From: a virus | Length of the DNA: 64,000 nt | Virus record (IMG/VR): IMGVR_UViG_3300023184_000033 | Coordinates: 99,825 to 163,824 of that record | Reading direction: 5' to 3' (one strand) | In this document: positions 37,271 through 45,869 of the stretch, in pieces | How the letters are laid out: each line of letters begins with the position of its first letter | Numbering within the stretch: position 1 is the stretch's first letter | Program-made: the position numbers and the translations under genes | The notes under the pieces: generated by a model | Databases searched by the model: none | What the model saw: the letters and a program-made list of their open reading frames with translations, nothing else | Told to the model about the DNA's origin: nothing

Positions 37271-37299
37271 ATTATATATCATTTAATGGCCATTGGCAA
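37271..37299 (-). promoter_or_regulatory. Sigma70 promoter of the tmRNA (TTGCCA-17-TATAAT)
   Basis: Directly upstream of the acceptor piece. Confidence 0.85.
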
Positions 37300-37322
37300 G
37301 CACTAAAAGATTATATACCACT

Positions 37323-37760
37323 TTAATTACACCAAGATTGTTTGGCTTCACCATAGTATTCACGTGCATATCCTTGTTGGATTAACATGTAACGTAAGGA
37401 TTGGCCATTCAATAGTACATCACCTAAAACACGGCCGCCATATTTGTCCCAATCCATCAATACCACTTGGCGTGTTGTAGATTGTTCTACCATTTTCTTA
37501 GTAAATGCACTAGCGGCTTGGCCACGTGCATCTTCTTCAGGACACTTTGCCCGAAATCCTTTTTCTGGAGTATCAACACCAAATACACGAATCGATAATT
37601 CTTTCTTTAGTGGATCAGGTAACCATAGTGCCTGAAATGCAACTGTATCACCATCAATAACTCTGGTGATAACTGCGTTGTATGTTACACCAGCTTTTTG
37701 TTGTTGTGCAAATGCTGGTAATGTGCAAATCATGCACAAAGCAATTAATAATTTTTTCAT
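37323..37760 (-). CDS. Staphylococcal-nuclease (thermonuclease) family protein with signal peptide
   Basis: RVIDGDT, IRVFGVDTPE, DKYGGRVLG, GYAREY; start MKKLLIAL at 37760. Confidence 0.92.
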   Translation of the reverse strand: MKKLLIALCMICTLPAFAQQQKAGVTYNAVITRVIDGDTVAFQALWLPDPLKKELSIRVFGVDTPEKGFRAKCPEEDARGQAASAFTKKMVEQSTTRQVVLMDWDKYGGRVLGDVLLNGQSLRYMLIQQGYAREYYGEAKQSWCN

Positions 37761-38068
37761 TGTGTACAAGTCCTTGTTCTTGTTATTGTGCCGTCTGGAT
37801 TCTGAACTTCTGTCCATGGACTACAGACTGGTTGATTCTGTTGTTGTACAATAACAGGTTGTTGCTGTACTATTACAGGCGGTTGTTGTTTTGCAATTTC
37901 ATAACCAATCACACCACCGATAACTGTTGGTGCAACCCAAATCCAAGGACTTGGACCACCTCTATGTTGCCAATAACCATGGTGACCATAATGATAGTGT
38001 TGTGCCAATGCAGGCACTGGCATACATGATGTTAAAGTAATGCATAATGTTAATAGAAAGTTTTTCAT
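37757..38068 (-). CDS. Exported Gly/His/Pro-rich hypothetical protein
   Basis: Signal peptide; WVAPTVIGGVIGY; PVIVQQQ duplication; C-terminal Cys pair. Confidence 0.7.
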   Translation of the reverse strand: MKNFLLTLCITLTSCMPVPALAQHYHYGHHGYWQHRGGPSPWIWVAPTVIGGVIGYEIAKQQPPVIVQQQPVIVQQQNQPVCSPWTEVQNPDGTITRTRTCTQ

Positions 38069-38718
38069 TTCTTATCCTTGTAGTACTGTATAGCCTTAAC
38101 AAGGCCATCAATATGGTCCTCTGTTTTTTGAATGAACAATAATGGTTTGCTGTTCTCTACAGCCATAACAATAACTAATTGGTTGATTGGTGTACCAACC
38201 AGTTCTTCATACATCAAAGCGTAAGCAGCAGTCTGCCAGAAATAGTCTTCAATATCTTTGATTGATTTAACTTTCTTAGAAGTCTTAAAATCAATAACAG
38301 ATAATGTACCAGCAAACTCAGCAATACAGTCTACACGACCAGCAAGACCAAGTTTCGTAGACCACAAGGCCTGCTCTTGGTAATGAATGTTGTTGATTTG
38401 GTCTAGTAATGGTTTAATGTCATTGAACATCTCTTTTGCATCAGGCATAATGTTACCAAGAGAATCATTATTCAAATAACGTTCACACAATGTATGTACA
38501 TTTGTTCCTCTTGATGTGGCCTTCTTAGAGATTGCGTTTGCAACTTCATCACCCACACGTTTACGCCATGCCATGATGGCGTCCTTTTTCATGGCACCTA
38601 GTACTGTAGTGACAGAAGGTAAATTCGTTCCATCCGGTAGAGTGTAGTATCTCTTACCATCTGATAACGTTTGTGATTTCAAATCATCAATATTTTTTGG
38701 TGGACAATAATTAAACAT
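38065..38718 (-). CDS. PD-(D/E)XK exonuclease (T4-like exonuclease family)
   Basis: PSVTTVL, RGTNVH..CE, GRVDCI, IDFKTS, Q..AYA.M. Confidence 0.9.
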   Translation of the reverse strand: MFNYCPPKNIDDLKSQTLSDGKRYYTLPDGTNLPSVTTVLGAMKKDAIMAWRKRVGDEVANAISKKATSRGTNVHTLCERYLNNDSLGNIMPDAKEMFNDIKPLLDQINNIHYQEQALWSTKLGLAGRVDCIAEFAGTLSVIDFKTSKKVKSIKDIEDYFWQTAAYALMYEELVGTPINQLVIVMAVENSKPLLFIQKTEDHIDGLVKAIQYYKDKK

Positions 38719-38735
38719 TACGAAATCATTTCTAT

Positions 38736-39149
38736 TTAAACTTTAAAAGTTGGTTCTTCTGGCCAAATTACAGAATATGGGAAACCAGCTGTATCGGTAA
38801 TATCCAATAGTTGTTGACGATATTGTGTTAAGTATGCTTGTTGTTCTGTTGTCAATAGGTTCCATCGCACTTGGTTGACCGCATCAACGTATTTACCGAG
38901 CAATTGGTTTCGTTGCATCCTAACTTTAGATTCTTCAAGTTCTGTTGCTGAAGGCCGTCTATCAATTAAAATAGGTTTGCCCTGACCAGTTGAAGATGTA
39001 ATCTCAAATCCAATTGATTGTTTTTCCATGTACTCTAGGTGTTCAGCAGTTGTCAATTCGACACAATCTGGCGGCATACTATCACCATGTACCTCTTTAA
39101 CAAAGAAACCTCTTTTTGAATTTGACCAGTAATATGTAAGATTTTCCAT
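38736..39149 (-). CDS. Tail fibre assembly chaperone (Tfa-like)
   Basis: GFF..VHG..MP.D.VE, RMQRNQLL, YRQQLLDI....GFP..V.WP..P; start MENL at 39149. Confidence 0.85.
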   Translation of the reverse strand: MENLTYYWSNSKRGFFVKEVHGDSMPPDCVELTTAEHLEYMEKQSIGFEITSSTGQGKPILIDRRPSATELEESKVRMQRNQLLGKYVDAVNQVRWNLLTTEQQAYLTQYRQQLLDITDTAGFPYSVIWPEEPTFKV

Positions 39150-39166
39150 TTTTTTACTCTTTCTAA

Positions 39167-39568
39167 TTAATAACCAATAGCAATGTAAGCACCACCAAGG
39201 CCGGATGCATAATATGATGCCGTATTTGTAATCCAAGCAGCTTGAAATTGAAAATAACTATTAGTAATGGCAGTCGGGCAATAAAGTGTTGCTGAATAAG
39301 CACCCCATCCACCAGCACCAGCTTCACATATAACAACCGACAAGCACTGAACCGCAAAAGCTATTGGGAAATATATTGTACCACTATATCTACCACCAGT
39401 ACCTGTACTTGTACACTGGCCATATATCATTTTAAATCCACCATCTAAGCTGACATATCCAGAGTTTCCACGTGAAAGAGCTCCACCAGTACTTATGAAT
39501 CCGCCACCAAAATATGTCTCATCAAAACCGTCAATTCGGCTATTAACACTATTTAATCTTATGGCCAT
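39167..39568 (-). CDS. Stand-alone tail-fibre tip domain (H-type-lectin-like/Mu S C-terminal type)
   Basis: GYVSL.GG..MIYG, I.FPIAF...C..VV, terminal YIAIGY. Confidence 0.75.
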   Translation of the reverse strand: MAIRLNSVNSRIDGFDETYFGGGFISTGGALSRGNSGYVSLDGGFKMIYGQCTSTGTGGRYSGTIYFPIAFAVQCLSVVICEAGAGGWGAYSATLYCPTAITNSYFQFQAAWITNTASYYASGLGGAYIAIGY

Positions 39569-39580
39569 GATTTACCTTTA

Positions 39581-40051
39581 TTAGATACCAAATGCGGCAT
39601 ACGTATATCTCCAAATACCTGCCCCAGTTCCAGGCGTTCCAACAAAACTACCCCACATAAATCTTTGATATAAATAGAAACCGCCGGCGTCATATGCACC
39701 CGCTACCAATGCTGGTGTTGGAGTACCTACAGGTACTCCAGAGAGGCCACCTTGAGTATCCCAAGTTGTGTTACCACTATCAACAAAAGTTACCATTAAC
39801 CCAAAGCAACGATACTGAAAATATTGTTGAAAATTTATTCTTGTGCCATCTTCGCCACTCCATTGGCCATCCCCCGACATTACTTTAGAAGCACCTGGGT
39901 AAGGAATATTAGGATAATCTATACCAAAAGCTACGGTTGATCCAGTAACATTTCCCACACCTCTTCTGCCATAAACAGATAGATAAGTGTCTGCATCGGG
40001 GTGGGAGTCACCAAAATTATCAATATAAAATGAAGTCATTCTTACCGACAT
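39581..40051 (-). CDS. Stand-alone tail-fibre tip-like domain (divergent)
   Basis: INFQQYF...CF.L.VT, terminal YAAFGI; lies between two clearer paralogues. Confidence 0.6.
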   Translation of the reverse strand: MSVRMTSFYIDNFGDSHPDADTYLSVYGRRGVGNVTGSTVAFGIDYPNIPYPGASKVMSGDGQWSGEDGTRINFQQYFQYRCFGLMVTFVDSGNTTWDTQGGLSGVPVGTPTPALVAGAYDAGGFYLYQRFMWGSFVGTPGTGAGIWRYTYAAFGI

Positions 40052-40061
40052 ATTTTTTTCC

Positions 40062-40433
40062 TTAATATCCTAGTGCAACCCAATTGGCTGTAATACCACT
40101 GTTTTGGAAATTTCCAGTGTCGCCGTTAAGTTTTCTGCGGCCACGAATAACGCAAGAAGTTGTTGAAGCGGAGTATCTACCAAAAATAGTAACATCACCC
40201 CATGCCCAACCACTAGGACCACCTTCAGAAGCAATTACAACTATGCAAGCATTTGGAAATGAATATGGAAAGGTAACAGTTGTATCGCCATTTACCGCAA
40301 TTTTTCCAGACATAATAGTTAATCCGTAAATTCTAATCCAGCTGGATCCGTCACCGCCACCATCATATCGTAAATATGTGCCATCAGGCATCAATATTCT
40401 TCTATTTGAACCTTCTAGTGTAATTTGAGCCAT
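40062..40433 (-). CDS. Stand-alone tail-fibre tip domain
   Basis: GLTIMSG, TVTFPYSFPNAC..V.AS, terminal WVALGY. Confidence 0.78.
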   Translation of the reverse strand: MAQITLEGSNRRILMPDGTYLRYDGGGDGSSWIRIYGLTIMSGKIAVNGDTTVTFPYSFPNACIVVIASEGGPSGWAWGDVTIFGRYSASTTSCVIRGRRKLNGDTGNFQNSGITANWVALGY

Positions 40434-40462
40434 TTGTTATTTTTTTATTTTCTTTAAAGTTA

Positions 40463-40469
40463 TATTTAG
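40463..40469 (-). promoter_or_regulatory. Late promoter (CTAAATA) for the fibre-tip cassette
   Basis: In the gap between phoH and the first tip gene. Confidence 0.6.
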
Positions 40470-41234
40470 TCAAAATCCTAATTGGTCACAAGCAACAATC
40501 CAAGACTTTACCAAACTGGAACGTACAATATCATCTGGTGTAAACTGAATCTCAGAGAATTCATTCATGTGTCTTGCAACATCTAGAAACTGGCTTAAAC
40601 CCGATACATCATTGCGACTCTTAATCAAATCATTCTGTTTTAGGTCACCGATAAAGATAATCTTAGAACGGTGGCCAACACGGGAGATAACTGAATGTAG
40701 TTCATGGAATGTCATTGACTGACATTCATCAACAATAATGATAGAGTTATCAATAGAAATACCACGAATGGCTGTTGTACTGATAAATCTGGCATGATTC
40801 TGTTCTTTTAATCTTTCCCATGCATCTTTACGGCCAAAAAGTGTCTCACAAATTTCTTTGTACGGCACTTCATAAATTTCCATCTTTTCATCTAACGTAC
40901 CAGGAACAAATCCTTGGTCACGTACTTGAACCGCAGAACGTACAACTACCACATGTTCAAACGGATTACATTTGTCTAATACTTCCTCGATGGCACGATA
41001 CAAAGCTAAGAATGTTTTACCGACACCAGGAGAACCCAACAACCCTACAAAATAGTCACCACGTTTATATGCTTCAAAGAACTTCTGTTGATTTTCTGTT
41101 AAAGCTTCGAAAGTTTTTAAATGGTCTAATTTTATTCTTAGTGCATTAGAAACTGGTTGGTGTTTATGTACTGTCTCATCATTATCTAAAGATTCATCAC
41201 GTTTCTGCGCTGCGGTTTTTGATTTGGTCGCCAT
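40470..41234 (-). CDS. phoH: PhoH-family ATPase
   Basis: GSPGVGKT, GFVPG..DEK, IRG, IVDECQ, SRVG..SK..F.GD..Q.D, DIVRS. Confidence 0.95.
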   Translation of the reverse strand: MATKSKTAAQKRDESLDNDETVHKHQPVSNALRIKLDHLKTFEALTENQQKFFEAYKRGDYFVGLLGSPGVGKTFLALYRAIEEVLDKCNPFEHVVVVRSAVQVRDQGFVPGTLDEKMEIYEVPYKEICETLFGRKDAWERLKEQNHARFISTTAIRGISIDNSIIIVDECQSMTFHELHSVISRVGHRSKIIFIGDLKQNDLIKSRNDVSGLSQFLDVARHMNEFSEIQFTPDDIVRSSLVKSWIVACDQLGF

Positions 41235-41314
41235 TGAAACCTTCCTGTTAATTGTTTTACATGCTTTTTTTGGGGAAGTTTTTTGATTGAACAGATGGAT
41301 CCTTTCTTACTTTG

Positions 41315-41596
41315 TTACCACTCTCTGGCCATTTTTGTTTTATGTCCAGCTTTTAGAGTATTTTGAGGCACTTGTTCTTTAATACGATTGATAACATATT
41401 TCTCAAACGTAGAGTCGGCCTTACCTGTTCCCGGAACACTTAGTCGTGAACCATCAGACATTACGGGGAGATTAGCTGCAGAATGATACTGCTGTAGATG
41501 TGGATTAGTTTCTTTGAACTCATCTAAAACCGTATGTGACATACGGTGTTCTTCTATTTCGTTTGTATTTTTGTTAAAAAAATCATATGAAGGCAT
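41315..41596 (-). CDS. FmdB-like small protein
   Basis: MPSYDF.N..T.E..E..MS; usual neighbour of DenV-like and PhoH genes in T4-like phages. Confidence 0.65.
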   Translation of the reverse strand: MPSYDFFNKNTNEIEEHRMSHTVLDEFKETNPHLQQYHSAANLPVMSDGSRLSVPGTGKADSTFEKYVINRIKEQVPQNTLKAGHKTKMAREW

Positions 41597-42195
41597 TAAT
41601 GTTCCAGTTCTAATTCTTGATTGGATTTTGACATTTCATTCACAGTCATGTCACTCAACCATTTTGGCATCTGTCTACTATTTATCTTTCCTTTCCATGA
41701 CCACATACGTTGTTTTTCATTGAAGTAGTAGTTATGGTATGACTGTAGTGAATTGCCTGGAACTTTACAGTAATCTGGCATAGCAGGTGTGGGGCCGAAA
41801 AAATTGCCGTAAGGTATACGATTAGGTAATACAGCAAGATCAGGTATCAACCGAGCACATGCATGTACTTTACCGTAACGATACGTAAACTCATTTAGTA
41901 GGTCACACCACATATTGTATAACCACAGATAATTTTTATTAGATTGACGTACCCATATAGCAGAAGGATGATTCATCATTGTAGGTTTCATGAGTCGTTC
42001 TTCACGAGCATCAGGCAATCGCCAAGCTTTGATTGAACGATTGTTAGCAGAAAGTCTACGATATTCTTCACCATCAAGAACACGATGAGCAGTAGAAAGT
42101 AACTGAGCATACTCAATCACCATTTTGCAAACGTGTTTGTCAAGGTGCATTTCAGCACAAACAGAGGGATTACGGTCAAGGTAAAATATGTTCAT
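41596..42195 (-). CDS. Pyrimidine-dimer DNA glycosylase (DenV-related)
   Basis: MNIFYLD, DKHVCKM.IEYAQLLSTAHR, NHPSAIW, YRYGK.H, AMPD. Confidence 0.88.
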   Translation of the reverse strand: MNIFYLDRNPSVCAEMHLDKHVCKMVIEYAQLLSTAHRVLDGEEYRRLSANNRSIKAWRLPDAREERLMKPTMMNHPSAIWVRQSNKNYLWLYNMWCDLLNEFTYRYGKVHACARLIPDLAVLPNRIPYGNFFGPTPAMPDYCKVPGNSLQSYHNYYFNEKQRMWSWKGKINSRQMPKWLSDMTVNEMSKSNQELELEH

Positions 42196-42476
42196 AACAT
42201 TCTAATTAATCCGATTGTGTCGATTGTCGTAAGCAAGATGTAATTAGCAAGCATACCAAAGGAACGCCTACTATAAGCACACCAAGCGTATATAGCACAG
42301 CCTGTAATCCAAACTGGGTACATGGCCAGAAGAGGAGGATTAGGCACGGTTGCGGCCATAGTGATAGAACAACCAATAGATATAGCCCAAGCAAAGACCT
42401 CAAGACAAAAACGAAATTTATTGCTCTTGAAGTCATCTTTTATCCAACCAAAGGTTGATACCAGAATATCATTCAT
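42192..42476 (-). CDS. Small membrane protein
   Basis: Three hydrophobic segments. Confidence 0.7.
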   Translation of the reverse strand: MNDILVSTFGWIKDDFKSNKFRFCLEVFAWAISIGCSITMAATVPNPPLLAMYPVWITGCAIYAWCAYSRRSFGMLANYILLTTIDTIGLIRML

Positions 42477-42769
42477 TACAATTTAGGAATTACAAATTCT
42501 TCTTTTGGTCCGGCTTTTGCAACAGATTCTTTAAGCAGTTTAGTTTTTTTACTAATATCTTCTGGTGTAATCATGGTCATTACCAATTGTTGAAACAATG
42601 GATATGAATCTTTAACTTTCATAGTGCGAACACCACCAACAGATGCACCATCATTAAAGAAAATTGCACAGCCGCCGGCGGCAATTGGTGCAATTTCAAC
42701 AACATGTTCTAGGTTGATGATAACTTTACAATTTTTTTCGAGTGAATCGACTTCAACAAACAAACTCAT
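42476..42769 (-). CDS. Hypothetical protein
   Basis: ORF with SD, coupled to neighbours. Confidence 0.65.
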   Translation of the reverse strand: MSLFVEVDSLEKNCKVIINLEHVVEIAPIAAGGCAIFFNDGASVGGVRTMKVKDSYPLFQQLVMTMITPEDISKKTKLLKESVAKAGPKEEFVIPKL

Positions 42770-42770
42770 T

Positions 42771-42935
42771 TCATTCTCCTTTAGGTTCTTTAAATTTGGT
42801 TAACTTAGCTTGGATTTCTGATAATTGAGCATCAATCAACATTCTTTTCCAATAATTACGTTCTTGCGGGTCAATGAATGTAGCCAATACACGCTTATTG
42901 GCTTTTGTCATTTTAAAATTTTTATCAGGTTTCAC
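42771..42935 (-). CDS. Hypothetical protein, 54 aa (missing from track)
   Basis: GTG start overlapping the upstream stop; KPDKNFKMTKANKRVLA... Confidence 0.55.
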   Translation of the reverse strand: MKPDKNFKMTKANKRVLATFIDPQERNYWKRMLIDAQLSEIQAKLTKFKEPKGE

Positions 42936-43204
42936 TTTTTAATATCCTTATCACAGTCTTCTACACGAATTAAATACACAGTACCATTTGAATATGGTTG
43001 CACAAAGAAACACTCACCTTTAACTGACCATGTCAAATGGTTTTGAATTGAACCTTTAATTTCTTTAACTTCGGGTGGTTTCTTAACTACATCAACGAGA
43101 TTGAAAATAACAAAACCCATGGCAGAAAAAACCAAAACAATTAGAATTCTAATTGCAATTTCAGTTGAATTAACTTTAAACCAATCTTTAAATGAATATA
43201 ACAT
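42932..43204 (-). CDS. Hypothetical membrane-anchored protein
   Basis: Single TM segment followed by a Cys pair. Confidence 0.65.
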   Translation of the reverse strand: MLYSFKDWFKVNSTEIAIRILIVLVFSAMGFVIFNLVDVVKKPPEVKEIKGSIQNHLTWSVKGECFFVQPYSNGTVYLIRVEDCDKDIKK

Positions 43205-43213
43205 AATAACCTT

Positions 43214-43363
43214 TCACCAATGACGTATCACGCCGGCAATAATAAAACAGTTTGTGATAACATATGATAACACAACCACGAATCTAATGCAAGCAATTTT
43301 ATCTGCTTCAGCGTCATTAGTACCACTTTTCTCACCAAGAGCCTTGGCAATTATCCGCCACAT
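43214..43363 (-). CDS. Conserved 49-aa membrane peptide (missing from track)
   Basis: MWRIIAKALGEKS...EAD.IA.IR...TNCFIIAGVIRHW, a type common in T4-like phages. Confidence 0.75.
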   Translation of the reverse strand: MWRIIAKALGEKSGTNDAEADKIACIRFVVVLSYVITNCFIIAGVIRHW

Positions 43364-43863
43364 TACACAAAACCTTCCTCGGTTTGAGGTGCTGATTGTG
43401 GTTCTGCATCCGAATGCTTGTACTCATAGATAGGTTTATCTGGAGGATCGTATGGGAAAGTCACAGGCACACGGGAATCTCTACTGGTGTAATAAGACTT
43501 GAACGGATTACCTTCTTCATCTTTATACCATTCCCAAAAGACCTTACCATCAATATTATAAGCTTCACCGTCTTTACCATCTTTAAACACTGTTGATAAC
43601 CTTTTGTTTTGATAGTTTGGTGGTACACCATAATCATGTTCAACCCATTCATCGTTTTCACCTGTAAGAGGTGTTAGTGGTTTAAATGTTAACAGTTTAG
43701 TTAAGATACCAATAGCATATGGTGCTGAAAAACCTGAATGTCCTTCGTCAGCAAATACTTTAATCATATGCAAGATATGTTTACGCATCATAGCATTATA
43801 TTCATCCGCATCAGTTAAACCAATACGGTTCAATTCATCTTCAGCATGTGAGAGCAATGTCAT
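43363..43863 (-). CDS. Conserved hypothetical phage protein
   Basis: F..EGHSGFSA, PLTPLTG..DEW, YQNKR.S.VFK. Confidence 0.75.
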   Translation of the reverse strand: MTLLSHAEDELNRIGLTDADEYNAMMRKHILHMIKVFADEGHSGFSAPYAIGILTKLLTFKPLTPLTGENDEWVEHDYGVPPNYQNKRLSTVFKDGKDGEAYNIDGKVFWEWYKDEEGNPFKSYYTSRDSRVPVTFPYDPPDKPIYEYKHSDAEPQSAPQTEEGFV

Positions 43864-44000
43864 TCTTTAACCTTTTTATCATATAAGAATAGTTTCACAT
43901 AATATTGAAACTCATTTGGACAATGGTCGGGGTTTGGTAACTTATGACCATACATCTCGACCATCTCATCATATAGTTTCAAAACTTCTTCGTCAGTCAT

Positions 44001-44672
44001 TTAATCCCAAAGCGCCTGATAGTATTTACCAAACAAACGGAATCCGTTCTGGATTCTGTCTTCAACAATCTTCATGCCATCATAATCGGCTTTGTATGTG
44101 TGATTTGGACCTTCTAAAGATTTATACAATGTAGCCTTGCCGTTTTCATCCCACGCACAAGCAACTGTCTTATGGTCAAATTCACCTGAACGATATGCTT
44201 CTTGCCACTTGTCATCGAGGTGATGTTCGAAAGCAAAAATCATTTCATTCATTACCCAATCCCAGCGCTTATGCCAGTTTTCATCTATATCCCATTCATT
44301 CTCTTTTGAAGGTGCAGAAGTAGACTTCAATTCTTCTGGAACATCTTCATCATCAACAAAAGGTCCGCCATGTTTTTTCTCTTGTAATTGTTTTAACATA
44401 GGCAAAGCAATCAGACCAAGAGTATGATCCATAGACCATGTATCCCAACGGTCAATCTTTACATAGTCAATCTTTGGATGAATTATATCCAAAACCTTGG
44501 CCATGAATTTACAAATGGGGTCTAAACGATTGATCCATTTATCGTAAGGTGCATTTGGTTTGTCTTCGTGATTATAAAACACATCATTGTCTTTTTCCCA
44601 AAAGCAAACAAACTCCAGGATATGATATGGCGAAAGCCAGTGATGGCGGTAATTGTTGATGTATACTTTCAT
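44001..44672 (-). CDS. Conserved hypothetical phage protein
   Basis: DTWSMDHTL..I.LPML.QL, RWDWVM.EMIFAF, GF.LFGKYY..LWD. Confidence 0.8.
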   Translation of the reverse strand: MKVYINNYRHHWLSPYHILEFVCFWEKDNDVFYNHEDKPNAPYDKWINRLDPICKFMAKVLDIIHPKIDYVKIDRWDTWSMDHTLGLIALPMLKQLQEKKHGGPFVDDEDVPEELKSTSAPSKENEWDIDENWHKRWDWVMNEMIFAFEHHLDDKWQEAYRSGEFDHKTVACAWDENGKATLYKSLEGPNHTYKADYDGMKIVEDRIQNGFRLFGKYYQALWD

Positions 44673-45541
44673 GTTGCTCTCAATAATTCTTCATTTGTGT
44701 AAAGGTGTACCATATACTTAGACGGGTTGTCCAGTACAGAGTATTCTAAATCACCTGGTCTCCTTGGCAAGACATTTACTTTAAAATCACAATTGTTTAC
44801 CTTTTTGTAGATATCTACCATCTCTTTAACTGTCATACCAATACCATGTCCTAGATTTTGTAGGTTCATGGCAGGAGTTTCAATCGCTTGCCAAATTGCA
44901 TGGCAAATTTCATTTACGTGTACATAATCCCTTACAGGAGAACCATCACGTGTTTCGTAATCATCACCATACAAATTAAATTCGCCTGTTTCTTGTGCCT
45001 TCATAAGGTTGTAAAACAAACCATCCACATTAGTAGGAGGAATCCCGTCAGACCCAATAACATTATAAAATCTGAAGATGGTAAAGTCACGCTGATGCTT
45101 CGCACAGAGTTCTTTTACGATATCTTCGCCACATCGCTTTGAAAGAGCATATGGACTGACGGGATATTCTGCTGCACCGGTAGATGCAAAAATAAAATTA
45201 TCGCAGGCAAAATCTTCTATTACGTTGATTGTGCCTTCAATATTGGTTTTGTAATAGGTTGTTGGCTTGGCCACGGATTCATTAACCCGTACCAAAGCAG
45301 CAAGATGAATGACACAATCAAACTTGACAGGCCAATGTGCAACGTCCAGTATATGATGCTCAAATATATTCCTAATGTCATGATTAATATAGTGACCATA
45401 ATTAAGATCACAAAACACAGGATTTCCTTTAGCCAAATCGAAGCCATAGATTTCATATTCATTCTTCAATAACTTATAAGTTAACTTACAGAGGTGTTGT
45501 CCAATGTATCCATTACACCCCGTTATCAGTATCTTCTTCAT
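44669..45541 (-). CDS. galE: NAD-dependent epimerase, UDP-glucose 4-epimerase-like
   Basis: ITGCNGYIG, HLAA..V.ES, Y..SK, FRFYNV, G.DY...DG..VRDYVHV, RRPGD. Confidence 0.85.
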   Translation of the reverse strand: MKKILITGCNGYIGQHLCKLTYKLLKNEYEIYGFDLAKGNPVFCDLNYGHYINHDIRNIFEHHILDVAHWPVKFDCVIHLAALVRVNESVAKPTTYYKTNIEGTINVIEDFACDNFIFASTGAAEYPVSPYALSKRCGEDIVKELCAKHQRDFTIFRFYNVIGSDGIPPTNVDGLFYNLMKAQETGEFNLYGDDYETRDGSPVRDYVHVNEICHAIWQAIETPAMNLQNLGHGIGMTVKEMVDIYKKVNNCDFKVNVLPRRPGDLEYSVLDNPSKYMVHLYTNEELLRAT

Positions 45542-45869
45542 CTTTGTAATCAATTTTATTGATGTATGATAGTTTCTTTTCTTCTGACCATGAACTCATA
45601 AAGTGATTGTCTTTATCAAACAACTCTAAATATTCTTTCTTTGATAACTCACGAATAGAAGAAATATTTTCAGCAATATGTTCTTGTGAAAATTCACAAA
45701 ATTCATCATCGCCAATTTCACATGTGTGTTCATCAGCAGCATGACTTTCTTCTTTTGCTTCGATTACGTAACGCATACGAAACATAGAGATTGCTTCAAC
45801 CAAATATAATTTCTTTTCCATATTTTTCTCCAGACTTTCAATAGTACGTTGTACATCAGAATCACGCAT
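45513..45869 (-). CDS. Hypothetical protein
   Basis: 118-aa ORF in an operon. Confidence 0.65.
   Translation of the reverse strand: MRDSDVQRTIESLEKNMEKKLYLVEAISMFRMRYVIEAKEESHAADEHTCEIGDDEFCEFSQEHIAENISSIRELSKKEYLELFDKDNHFMSSWSEEKKLSYINKIDYKDEEDTDNGV

Noticed and set aside
38065-38718. Cas4-like nuclease suggesting a CRISPR system
   Set aside because: It is the common T4-like PD-(D/E)XK exonuclease; it lacks the Cas4 cysteine cluster and there is no array.
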